Assembly: GCA_963708025.1 (NCBI GenBank)
Contig: CAVPSB010000015.1
Location: forward strand, 96,001 to 160,000
Direction: 5' to 3'
Origin: an uncultured Candidatus Rokubacteria bacterium
GTDB taxonomy: Bacteria; Methylomirabilota; Methylomirabilia; Rokubacteriales; DASRDR01
Length of the DNA stretch: 64,000 nucleotides
Shown: piece after piece, positions 48,091 to 58,137 of the stretch
Layout: each line of letters opens with the position of its first letter
Numbering within the stretch: position 1 is the first letter of the stretch
Program-made: the position numbers and the translations under genes
The notes under the pieces: generated by a model
Databases searched by the model: none
What the model was told of the DNA's origin: nothing
What the model saw: the letters and a program-made list of their open reading frames with translations, nothing else

Positions 48091-49090
48091 CACCGGGCTG
48101 ATCGGCCGGCGCAGCCTCGTGTCGGGCCTCGCCATCGCCATCGCCACTCGTCCGCGGCTGGTTCGCGCCCAGTCCGCCCGCATCCCCCGCGTCGGGGTCC
48201 TCGGCCCGGGCAGCTCGACCGAGCCGCCCACGTTCCAGCGTGAGCCGTTCGAGCGGGGCCTCCGGGAGCTCGGATGGACGCCGGGCTCGACGATCGTCCT
48301 CGAGTACCGGTACGCCGAGGGACGCGCCGAACGGCTGGGAGAGCTGGCGGCCGAGCTTGTCCGCCTGAAGGTGGACGTGATCGTGGCCCGCAGCGGGGTT
48401 GCCGTTCGGGCTGCCCAGCGCGCCACCGACGTCATCCCCATCGTCATGTCCTCAGCCGCCGATCCCGTCGCGGGTGGCTTGGTCAAGAGCCTCGCCCGGC
48501 CCGGCGGGAACATCACCGGGATCGCCAATCTCGTCCAGGAGCTGGAGGGCAAGCGTCTCGAGCTGCTGAAGGAAGCTATTCCCGGCCTGGCGCGCGTGGC
48601 CACGGTCGGGAACCCGTCCCAAGGTGCGGGCCTCCAGGCGCTCAGGGCCGAGCTCGCGGCCACTGGTCGTGCGCTGGGACTCGAGACCCAGCCCTTCGGA
48701 GTGAGCCGCGCGCAGGATCTCGGGGAGACGTTCGCGGCGATGAGCCGCGCCCGCGTGGGCGGCGTCCTCGTCCTCCCCGACACGCTCGTGCTGGAGCCGA
48801 ATCGCGCGCAGGTCGTCGAGCTGGCCGCCCGGTACCGCCTGCCGACGATTTACCCGTGGCGGTTCTACATCGACGCCGGCGGCCTCATGTCCTACGCGAC
48901 CAGTATTCCGGCATTTCATCACCGATCGGCGACCTACGTGGACCGGATCCTCCGGGGCGCCAGGCCCGGGGACCTGCCCATCGAGCAACCGACGAAGTTC
49001 GAGCTGGTGGTCAACGTCAAGACTGCGAAGGCGCTGGGCCTGACGATCCCGCGATCGATCGTCCTGCGGGCCGATGAGGTCATCGAGTGA
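48083..49090 (+). CDS. ABC_sub_bind-type substrate-binding protein
   Basis: RR-containing leader; [64 protein letters not shown]. Confidence 0.9.
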   Translation: MSSTGLIGRRSLVSGLAIAIATRPRLVRAQSARIPRVGVLGPGSSTEPPTFQREPFERGLRELGWTPGSTIVLEYRYAEGRAERLGELAAELVRLKVDVIVARSGVAVRAAQRATDVIPIVMSSAADPVAGGLVKSLARPGGNITGIANLVQELEGKRLELLKEAIPGLARVATVGNPSQGAGLQALRAELAATGRALGLETQPFGVSRAQDLGETFAAMSRARVGGVLVLPDTLVLEPNRAQVVELAARYRLPTIYPWRFYIDAGGLMSYATSIPAFHHRSATYVDRILRGARPGDLPIEQPTKFELVVNVKTAKALGLTIPRSIVLRADEVIE

Positions 49091-49129
49091 CGGCGCGCCG
49101 CGTGACACGGGCGTCCCGGACCGCCCGCC

Positions 49130-50056
49130 ATGAGTGAAGCGCCGGGGGCCGTCGGCGCCCGGCTCGGCGTGCTCGACGGACGGAGCGCCGTCTCGGCCGC
49201 CCGGGCCGAGATCACGACCCGCGCCGCGGCCCTGCGCCTCTTCGCTCGGAACCGCCTCGCCGCCGCCGCCGTCCTGGTCCTCGGCCTCGCGGTGGCGGCG
49301 GCGGTGCTGGCCCCCGGGCTGCCCCTGGCCGATCCCGACACGGTGGACACCGCGAACCGGCTCCAGCCCCCGCTCACGCCCGGCCACGCGCTCGGCACCG
49401 ACGAGTTCGGCCGCGACATGCTGAGCCGCCTCGTCTGGGGCGCCCGGGTGTCGCTCCTCGCGGGTTTCGGCACCGCGGCCCTGGCCATGCTGATCGGGGT
49501 GGGACTCGGCATCCTCGGCGGCTACCACACGGGGTGGATCGAGACGGTCGTCATGCGGCTGACCGACATCCTCATGGCGTTCCCGTACATCCTCCTCGCG
49601 ATCGCGATCGTCGCCGGCGTCGGCCCGGGACTCCGGAACGCCATGCTGGCGATCGCCATCGTCGGGTTCCCGTTCTACACGCGGCTGGTGCGGAGCGTGG
49701 TCCTCTCGCTCAAGGGGCGGGAGTTCGTCGAGGCCGCCCGCGCCCTCGGCAGCCCGGACCGCGCGATCCTGGTCCGCCACGTCCTCCCGCACCTCCTGTC
49801 CCCGCTGCTGGTCGCGTTCAGCCTCGACATCGGGGCGAAGATTCTGGCCACGGCGGGCCTCTCCTTCCTGGGGCTCGGGACCCAGCCACCGACCGCGGAC
49901 TGGGGCAGCATGCTGGCCACCGGGCGCCAGTTCGTCATCCTGCGGCCCCACGTGGCGCTGCTCCCGGGGCTCGCGATCTTCGTGGTGGTGGTGGCGACCA
50001 ACCTCGTCGGCGACGCCCTGCGCGACCTCCTCGACCCCCGCATCCGCACGAGCTGA
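49130..50056 (+). CDS. DppC-like ABC permease
   Basis: LGTDEFGRD, EFVEAARALG, LSFLGLG..PPTADWG, GDALRDLLDP. Confidence 0.93.
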   Translation: MSEAPGAVGARLGVLDGRSAVSAARAEITTRAAALRLFARNRLAAAAVLVLGLAVAAAVLAPGLPLADPDTVDTANRLQPPLTPGHALGTDEFGRDMLSRLVWGARVSLLAGFGTAALAMLIGVGLGILGGYHTGWIETVVMRLTDILMAFPYILLAIAIVAGVGPGLRNAMLAIAIVGFPFYTRLVRSVVLSLKGREFVEAARALGSPDRAILVRHVLPHLLSPLLVAFSLDIGAKILATAGLSFLGLGTQPPTADWGSMLATGRQFVILRPHVALLPGLAIFVVVVATNLVGDALRDLLDPRIRTS

Positions 50057-50113
50057 CGGAATGCATGCGACCGAGTTCTCCGATCGGTGCCGACCAAGGC
50101 CGAGACGGTCAAG

Positions 50114-50188
50114 TGCGGGTTCCTCCGGCACCCCCCTCCCCCCGGTGGGTGGGGGAGGGGGGCTGGGGGGGAGGGAGGGAGGTCTCGA
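50114..50188 (+). repeat. G/C palindromic element, copy 6
   Basis: CCCCCCTCCCCCCGGTGGGTGGGGGAGGGGGG...GGGAGGTCTCGA. Confidence 0.85.
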
Positions 50189-50190
50189 AA

Positions 50191-50415
50191 ATTAGGGAGG
50201 TCAAGATTACGTGCAGGATCGAAGCCGAGGAGGTCGACCTCCTGCTGGGCCTCGTGCGCCAGCGCTACGGGAGCCGCCTGACCGCCGCCGAGCTCGATGG
50301 CGTCCGCCAGGGGATCCAGTCGATCGTGACGGCGGTCCGGGCGCTCCGCGCGGTGCGGCTCCGGAACGCCGACGAGCCGATCCCGCCCTTCGTTCCGGTG
50401 CGGGAGGAGCCGTGA
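50191..50415 (+). CDS. Small GatC/AtzG-like amidase accessory subunit (start uncertain)
   Basis: EEVDLLLGLVRQRYGSRLTAAELDGVRQGI...LRAVRLRNADEP..PF; GTGA overlap with the amidase; nearest in-frame ATG is 50065. Confidence 0.65.
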   Translation: MREVKITCRIEAEEVDLLLGLVRQRYGSRLTAAELDGVRQGIQSIVTAVRALRAVRLRNADEPIPPFVPVREEP

Positions 50416-51812
50416 GCCCCGATCCGGTGTTCGCGTCCGTCCGTCGGCTCGCGGAGCGGGTGGCGAGCCGCGGAATCTCGCCCGTCGCCCTGGCCGAGAC
50501 ATTCCTCGAGCGGCTCGAGACCCTGGGGCCGAAGTACAACGCCGTGGTCACCGTCACCCGCGACCGGGCGCTCGACGAGGCGCGGCGCGCCGAGCGCGAG
50601 ATCGCCGCGGGTCGCTGCCGCGGGCCGCTTCACGGGATCCCCTACGGCGCGAAGGACCTCCTGGCGACCGGGGGCGGCATCCCGACGTCCTGGGGGGCGG
50701 CCCCGCTGCGCGACCAGACCTTCGACGAGGACGCCACCGTCATCCGGAAGCTCGGGGAGGCCGGCGCGGTCCTCGTCGCCAAGCTGGCGATGGTCGAGCT
50801 GGCGGGGGGCGCGGGGTACCGCCAGCCGAACGCCTCGTTCACGGGACCCGGCGTCAACCCCTGGGACCCGAGCGCCTGGAGCGGCGGCTCCTCCAGCGGG
50901 TCGGGCGCCGCCGTCGCCGCCGGGCTCGTGCCCTTCGCCATCGGCTCGGAGACGGGCGGCTCCATCCTCTCGCCGGCCGGCAACTGCGGCGTCACCGGGC
51001 TCCGGCCGACCTACGGCCGCGTCAGCCGTCACGGGGCGATGGCGCTCGCCTGGAGCCTCGACAAGCTGGGCCCGCTCGGGCTCACGGCGGACGACTGTGG
51101 CCTCGTCCTCGACGCCGTCGCCGGGCCCGACCCGGCCGATCCCTCGGCGACCGGCCGCCCGTTCCGCTACGAGGCCGCGGATCAGCATGGCCGGCGCTTC
51201 CGGTTCGGCGTCCTCCGGGGCGTGGCGGAGGGCTGCGAGGAGGGCGTCCGGGCGAGCTTCGCCGGCTCGCTGGCCGTGCTCGAGCGGATCGGCACCATCG
51301 AGGAGGTCGTGCTGCCGGACCTGCCCTACGAGCCGATCATGCGGATCGTCCTGCAGGTCGAGGCTGCCAGCGCCTTCGAGGATCTCGTGGAGGACGGGGT
51401 GATCGCGCGCCTGACGGCGCCCGAGGACCGGTACCTGTCGTACGGCCGCGACGCGATCCTCGCCAAGGACTACGTCAAGGCGCTCCGCCTGCGGGGCGTC
51501 GTGGCCCGCGAGGTCGATCGGGTCCTCGCGCGGCTCGACGCCCTCCTGGGGCCGGGCCGGCCCGCGGTGGCCACCCGCCTCGACCAGGACTTCCGCGCCG
51601 CGCTCGGGAGCGGCGCCCGCGACCCCATGGGCGCCATCGGCAACGTCGCCGGCCTGCCCGCCGTCATCGTGCCGAACGGCATCGGCGATCGCGGGCTGCC
51701 GACGAGTCTCCAGTTCCTGGGCCGCGCCTACGAGGAGAACACGATCCTGGCCGCCGCCCGCGCCTTCCAGGCGCTCACCGACTGGCACCAGCGGCACCCG
51801 CCGGCAGGGTAG
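50412..51812 (+). CDS. Amidase signature family protein (GatA/AtzE-like)
   Basis: GPLHGIPYGAKD, GGSSSGSGAAV, GSETGGSI (Lys/cis-Ser/Ser triad), GLRPTYGRVS. Confidence 0.93.
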   Translation: MSPDPVFASVRRLAERVASRGISPVALAETFLERLETLGPKYNAVVTVTRDRALDEARRAEREIAAGRCRGPLHGIPYGAKDLLATGGGIPTSWGAAPLRDQTFDEDATVIRKLGEAGAVLVAKLAMVELAGGAGYRQPNASFTGPGVNPWDPSAWSGGSSSGSGAAVAAGLVPFAIGSETGGSILSPAGNCGVTGLRPTYGRVSRHGAMALAWSLDKLGPLGLTADDCGLVLDAVAGPDPADPSATGRPFRYEAADQHGRRFRFGVLRGVAEGCEEGVRASFAGSLAVLERIGTIEEVVLPDLPYEPIMRIVLQVEAASAFEDLVEDGVIARLTAPEDRYLSYGRDAILAKDYVKALRLRGVVAREVDRVLARLDALLGPGRPAVATRLDQDFRAALGSGARDPMGAIGNVAGLPAVIVPNGIGDRGLPTSLQFLGRAYEENTILAAARAFQALTDWHQRHPPAG

Positions 51813-51846
51813 GGTGCCGCGCCGATTCCCACCGAGGAGGAGTGAC

Positions 51847-53394
51847 ATGCGAGGGATCAGAGGGTTCGCGGGAGTGCTCCTGGTCGTCGCCGGACTGGCC
51901 GGTGTCGCGTGGGCCCAGGCCGCGCGCGAGGTGGTCGTGATCGGCATGGAGGCCGAGCCGCCCGGGCTCGATCCCGGGCAGGCGCTCGGGCTCCACACGC
52001 TCCGCGTGACGCACGAGATCTTCGAGACGCTCGTCACGACGCCGGACGACAGCACCGACGTCGTCCCCGGGCTCGCCGAGTCCTGGCAGGTGTCGGCGGA
52101 CGGCCTGGCCTGGACGTTCAAGCTGCGCCGGGGGGTCAAGTTCCACGACGGCACCCCGCTCGACGCGACCGCGGTCAAGTTCACCTTCGACCGCGTGATC
52201 GATCCCAGCCACCCGCACGCCAAGAGCGGGAAGTGGTCGTTCGCGGTCGGCTACCTGTCGAGCGTCAAGTCGGTGGAGGTCGTCGATGCGCTGACCGTGC
52301 GGCTCCACCTCAAGTACCCGAACGGCGCGCTCCTCGCCAACCTGGCGATCCCCAACTGCGCGATCGTGAGCCCGACGGCGTTCGCCAAGGCGCCGGCCGA
52401 CTTCAGCTTCCAGCCGGTCGGGAGCGGGCGGTACCGCTTCGAGTCGTGGGAGCGGGGGAGCAAGCTGGTGCTCCGCCGCAACGACGACTACTGGGGCGTG
52501 AAGGGCAAGCCGCGGGCGCTCGTCTACCGGGGCATCCCGGAGGCGAACGCGCGGGTGACCGAGCTCCTGACCGGCGGCGTCAACCTGATCCTGCCGGTCC
52601 CGCCGGATTTCGTGGCCCGGCTGGAGACGACGCCCCAGGTGACCGTGTACAAGAAGACCGGGCTCACGATCTGGTACGTCGGGATGAACGTCGAGAAGAA
52701 GCCGTTCACCGACAAACGGGTCCGCCAGGCGCTCAATCACGCGGTGAACCGGGAGGCGATCGTCCGGGACATCCTGAAAGGGACCGGCATTCCCGCCACC
52801 GGGCCGCTGCTGCCGGGCACGTGGGCGTACGAGCCCAACGTCCGGAAGTACCCGTACGACCCGACCATGGCCAAGCGGATCCTGGCCGAGGCGGGCTACC
52901 CGAACGGCTTCGAGGTGGAGCTGTGGGTGCCCGAGTCGGGCTCGGGCATGCAGGCGCCGGTGGAGATGTCCACGGTGATCCAGGCGAACCTGGCCGCTGT
53001 CGGCGTGAAGGCGAGCCTGAAGACGATGGAGTGGGGCTCCTACCTGGGCAAGCTGCGCACCGACGCCCCGCCGATGTTCGCCCTCTCCTGGTTCCTCAAG
53101 TCCGAGGATCCCGACCTGTCGCTGCACCCGAACTTCTTCTCGAAGAGCGCGCCGCTCCCCAACCGGGCCAACTACGCCAACCCCGAGGTCGACGAGCTGC
53201 TGCTCCAGGCCCGGCAGGCCGGCGACCGGGCCAAGCGGGCCGACCTCTACCGCCGGGTCCAGCGGATGGTCGTGGAGGACGCGCCCTGGATCTTCGTCGA
53301 CCACGAGATCCAGGTCGTCGCCACCCGGGCCGGCCTCAAGGGGTTCAAGCTCCACCCGAGCGGCTTCGACCTCCGCGTCGAGCACCTCGAGTAG
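51847..53394 (+). CDS. ABC transporter substrate-binding protein, family 5 (paralog of 45567..47132)
   Basis: GAGGAG RBS; shares WVPESGSGMQxPVxMSTVIQxNL and PWIFxDHEIQ...GFKLHPS with 45567. Confidence 0.93.
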   Translation: MRGIRGFAGVLLVVAGLAGVAWAQAAREVVVIGMEAEPPGLDPGQALGLHTLRVTHEIFETLVTTPDDSTDVVPGLAESWQVSADGLAWTFKLRRGVKFHDGTPLDATAVKFTFDRVIDPSHPHAKSGKWSFAVGYLSSVKSVEVVDALTVRLHLKYPNGALLANLAIPNCAIVSPTAFAKAPADFSFQPVGSGRYRFESWERGSKLVLRRNDDYWGVKGKPRALVYRGIPEANARVTELLTGGVNLILPVPPDFVARLETTPQVTVYKKTGLTIWYVGMNVEKKPFTDKRVRQALNHAVNREAIVRDILKGTGIPATGPLLPGTWAYEPNVRKYPYDPTMAKRILAEAGYPNGFEVELWVPESGSGMQAPVEMSTVIQANLAAVGVKASLKTMEWGSYLGKLRTDAPPMFALSWFLKSEDPDLSLHPNFFSKSAPLPNRANYANPEVDELLLQARQAGDRAKRADLYRRVQRMVVEDAPWIFVDHEIQVVATRAGLKGFKLHPSGFDLRVEHLE

Positions 53395-53500
53395 GTCTCC
53401 CGGCGCTCGGTGCGCGTGGGCCTCGGACGGCGAGCATTCGACCGCCTCGGCGAGGCGGTCCGGACGGCGCTGCCGCGTCGTTCAACCGGCGACGCCCACC

Positions 53501-56500
53501 GTGGTCATCGAATCGATGGCGATCGGCGAGGGGCCGCTGGGGGTCGTGGAGGCTTCGTATCCGCTCTCCCCGATGCAACAGGGCCTGCTGGTCGAGAGCC
53601 TGACCTCCAGGCGACCCGGGGTGAACCTGGAGCAGGTACTGTGCGGGTTCGACGAGGATCTGGACATCCCCGCGCTCGAGCGGGCGTGGGCCCGGGTGGT
53701 GCGGCAGCACGCGATCCTCCGGACCGGTGTCCGGTGGGGCGACTCCGGCAACTACGTGCAGGACGTGCACCAGACCGTCCGGCTGAGCTGGGCCCACCAT
53801 GACTGGCGACACCTTTCCACGCGCCAGCGCCGGCGGGAGCTCGAGCGGTTTCTCCGGGAGGATCGCCGGAAGGGCTTCGATGTCTCGGCCGTCCCCCTGA
53901 TGCGTCTCTCGCTCATCCGCGAAGGGCGACGCCGCTACCAGTGCTGGTGGACGGTCCACCACCTGGTCGTCGACGTGCGGGTCTTCCTCCTGGTGCTGAG
54001 CGACGTGCTCACCTGTTACGACGGGTACCGGCGGGGCAGGGACCCGGATCTCGGCGAACCCCGCCTTTACCGCGACCATGTCGAGTGGCTGCAACGGGTG
54101 GATCACTCGCGGGCGGAGACGTTCTGGCGCCAGCGCCTTCAGGGATTTCGCGAACCGACCCCGCTGGTGGTGGCGCGGACGCCGGAGGTGGCCGGGGCCG
54201 TCGGCGAGATCCGAGGCGAGCAGGAGTTCGCGCTGTCGCGGAAGACGACGGAGGCGCTCCGATCGCTGGCGAGCGCCAACGGGTTCACGCTGAATACCGT
54301 GCGTCCACGGCGCGTGGGCCCTCCTCCTCGGTCGCTACAGCGGGCAGGACGACGTGCTGTTCGGCGCCGTCCGGGCGTGCCGGCGGTCCGGCCTGGAGGG
54401 TGCCGAGGAAATGGTCGGCCCCTGCATCAACACCGTGCCGGTTCGCGTGCAGATCCCGGAAGACGAGCGTCTGGTGCCGTGGCTGAGGAAGCTGCGCGAG
54501 CAGTGGCGCGCCCTTCGCGAGCACGAGCATTGCCCCCTCTCCCTCGTGGGGGGATGGAGCGAGGTGGCGCCGGGACGGCCGCTGTTCGAGAGCCTCGTCA
54601 ACTTTCAGGAGCCGGGCTGGGCGGCCGCGATGCGGGGACGAGCGGGAAATCGATCGAGGGACTTCGGCAACGTCAGCGCGCCCAGTCAGCCCCTGGCCCT
54701 CGACGCCTACGGCGGCTCGTCGCTCCTGGTGAAGGCGCTCTACGATCCGGCGCGCTTCGAGGCGTCGGCCATCGAGGGCATGCTCGGACACCTGAGGACG
54801 CTCCTGGAGAAGATGGCGTCGGGGGGAGATCCGCCCCTGGCCGCCCTCGACCTGCTGACACCCTCCGAGCGCCGGCGGATGGTCGTCGAGTGGAACGACA
54901 CGGCCACGAGGTTCCCGCGGGACCGGACCGTCCACGCGCTGTACGAGGAGCAGGCCCGGCGGACGCCGGCCGCGATCGCGGTGACATTCGGCAGCGAGCG
55001 CTTGACGTACGCCGAGCTCCACGATCGGGCCGATCGGCTGGCGGGTCTCTTGCGAGCGCGAGGAGTGCGGCGGGGCAGCGTCGTCGGCGTGTGCGCCGAC
55101 CGATCGGTGGACATGGTTGTAGGGTTCCTGGGGGTTCTGAAGGCAGGAGGAGCGTACCTCCCGCTCGATCCCGGATACCCACGGCAACGCCTGGCGCTGA
55201 TGCTGGATGACAGCCGGGCCTCGGTACTCCTGACACAAGATCGCCTCCGGGCGACGCTGCCCGGCACTCCCGCCGAGGTGATCAGCCTCGATGGCGACTG
55301 GGCGCGAATCCCGGGGAGAGTGCCTACGTCCCGGAGGGCGGCGCCGCCGACGACCCCGCGTACGTGATGTACACGTCGGGATCGACCGGAACGCCGAAAG
55401 GGGTCGTGGTGCCGCATCGGGCGGTGGTGCGGCTGGTGAGGAGCACCAATTACATCCACCTGGGCCCCGGCGATCGGGTGGCGCAGGCGTCGAATGCGGC
55501 GTTCGATGCCGCGACCTTCGAGATCTGGGGCGCGCTGCTGAATGGCGCCGGGCTCGTCGGGGTGACCACGGACGTGCTGCTGTCGCCCGGGCAGTTCGCG
55601 AGCCAGGTGAAGCGGGACCGGCTCACGACGCTGTTCCTGACGACGGCGCTGTTCAACGCGATGGCTCGAGAGATCCCGACCGTGTTCCGGGGGATGCGGA
55701 CCGTCCTGTTCGGAGGTGAGAAGGTGGACCCGCACTGGGTGCGGGAGGTGCTGGCGAACGGACCACCGGAGCGCCTGCTCCACGTGTACGGGCCGACCGA
55801 GACGACGACGTTCGCCACGGCGTTCGTGGTGACCAGCCTCCCGAGCGACGCCCGCACGGTGCCCATCGGGCGGCCCATCGCGAACACGCAGGTGTACGTC
55901 GTGGATCGAGTGGGGCACCCCGTCCCGGTCGGCGTCCCCGGCGAGCTCCTCATCGGCGGCGACGGGGTGGCGCTTGGGTACCTCAACCGGCCCGAGCTCG
56001 ACGCGGCGAAGTTCCTGCCGGACCGCTTCCGGGACCGGACCGGCTCGCGGCTGTATCGGACGGGGGATCTGGTCCGGTACGGACCGGAAGGCGAGCTGGA
56101 GTTCCTGGGCCGCGTGGACAACCAGGTGAAGATCCGCGGCTTCCGCGTCGAGCCGGAGGAGATCGAGGCGGTGCTCGGTCAGCATCCCGCCGTGCAGGCC
56201 GCGGTGGTCGTTCTCCGCGAGGACGTGCGCGGAGACCGACGGCTCGTCGGGTACGTCGTGCTCGACGACGGAGGCGACGGAGGGTCCGCCCGGCTTCGCC
56301 GCTTCCTGAGCGGGAAGCTGCCGGACTACATGATTCCGTCAACGTTCGTGGCCATCCCCTCGCTGCCCCTGACGCCTAACGGCAAGGTCGATCGGGAGGC
56401 TCTGCCGCGGCCTGCCGACGTGAGTTCGGCGCCGCCGCCCGCCGCCGACACCGCCGACCGCACGCCGGTCGAGGAGATCGTCGCCGCGGTGTGGGCCGAC

Positions 56501-58078
56501 GTGCTCAAGACCGCGCCGATCGGCTCCGACGTCAACTTCTTCGAGCAGGGCGGGGACTCCCTCCTGGGCATGGAGGTGATGATCCAGCTCGGGGAGGCGT
56601 TCCAGCTCGACCTTCCGGCGAGCCTCCTGTTCGAGCGACCGACCGTCACCGAGCTGAGCCAGGCCATCGGCGAGCTCCGGTCCGGGACGGCGCGGACCGG
56701 CCCGCTGACCGCCGTCCCCCGGGACGCCCCGTTGCCCCTGTCGTACTTCCAGGAGCGCGTGTGGCGATACTGCCAGACGGCCGCCGATCCGCTGCAGTTC
56801 ATCACCTCGACCAGGCGTCGCCTGAAGGGGCGTCTGGACGTCGAGGCGTTCGAGCGCGCCATGACGGAGATCGTCCGGCGCCACGAGGTCCTGCGGACGA
56901 CGTTTTCCCGCCACGGCGATCACCCGGTGCAGACCGTGGGCCCGGCCCGACCCATGCGGGTCCCGGTGGTGAGGGTCCCGGCCGGTCGGGGCGTGTGGGC
57001 CGAGGTCGGGCGGCTGGCCGAGGCGGAAGCCGGACGCCCCTTCGACCTCGAGCGTGATCTCCCACTGCGCGCGACCCTCCTGAGGATGAGCGACACCAAT
57101 CACGTGCTGTTGCTCACCACGCACCACATGATCTACGCGCCGAGCTTGCGACAGATCCTGTTCCGCGAGCTGACCGCCCTCTACGGGGCCTACTCTCGCG
57201 GGGAGCCGTCGCCCCTGCCCGAGCCACGGTTCCAGTACGGAGACTTCGCGGTGTGGCAGCGCCGGTGGCTCCACGAGGATGCCGAGCTGTACCGGCGTCA
57301 GCTCGCGTACTGGAAGGCTCGGCTGCGCGGTCCGCTGCCCGTCATCCGGCTGGCGCCCCGACGACCGGGCGCCGCCGCCCGGGGCGCGGAGCCCTCGGTG
57401 TCGAGAATCCGCGTCCCGAGCGCCGTCTACCGCGAGCTCAAGGCCCTCGGTCGGCGCGAGGGCGCGACGCTCTTCATGGTCTTGCTGGCCGCCGGGAAGG
57501 TCGTCCTGTCGCACCAGGCGAACCTGGAGGACGTCATCGTCGGAAACGTCGTCGAAAGCTCGAGCCCTCCCGACCTCGCCGGGGTCATGGGCCTGAAGGG
57601 CAACCTCCTGGTGCTCCGCACCGATCTCTCCGGGGATCCGACGTTCCGGACGCTCCTGAGGCGAGTCCGCCGGGTGACCCTGGACGCCCTCGACCACCAG
57701 GGCCTTCCGTTCGAGGAGCTCGCGAAGGCCCTCGCGCGGGACGGAGGCCAGGCACCGCCGATCGAGGTGATCTTCCAGCACACGCGGCGGGCGCGAACGG
57801 AGTGGTCCCTGCCCGGCCTGAAGGCCGGGCGGTGGCGGTATATGGGCGAGGCGAAGCGGTGGGGCCTGTCCATGGTCCTGCTGGAGACCGACGACCGGTG
57901 GCTCGCCGCGGCGGCAAGCTTCGATACGGACCGGTACGATTGGGTCGCGATCACGGCGATGCTGGCGGAGTACCGAGCCGTGCTGGCGCGGGTCGTGGAA
58001 AACCCGGAGCTTCGATTGTCGGAGCTCCGGGGCCTCGCGAGTCGCGCCAACGTTGACCCCGGCGCTCACGTCGGATAG
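53501..58078 (+). CDS. Single-module non-ribosomal peptide synthetase C-A-T-C, interrupted by single-base frameshifts near 54302 and 55311
   Basis: YPLSPMQQGLL, HHLVVD (C1); LKAGGAYLPLD, YTSGSTGTPKG, FDAATFEIW, YGPTE, YRTGD, QVKIRGFRVE, NGKVDR (A); FFEQGGDSL (T); PLSYFQERVW, RRHEVLRT, HHMIYA (C2). Confidence 0.9.
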
Positions 58079-58137
58079 GGTGGGGGAGTGTCGTCGGCTT
58101 CGACGGGTCCGGAGGCGGTGAAGCGGCAACAGGAGGC

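Noticed and set aside
2680-50188. Palindromic repeats as CRISPR repeats or intrinsic terminators
   Set aside because: Dispersed single copies with no spacers or cas genes, no U-tract, and located between co-directional operon-like genes
50191-51812. gatC-gatA of the tRNA amidotransferase
   Set aside because: No gatB follows and the context is a transporter operon, so a catabolic amidase is more likely
54290-55330. Programmed ribosomal frameshifting in the NRPS
   Set aside because: No slippery heptamer at either site, and similar indels occur throughout the window
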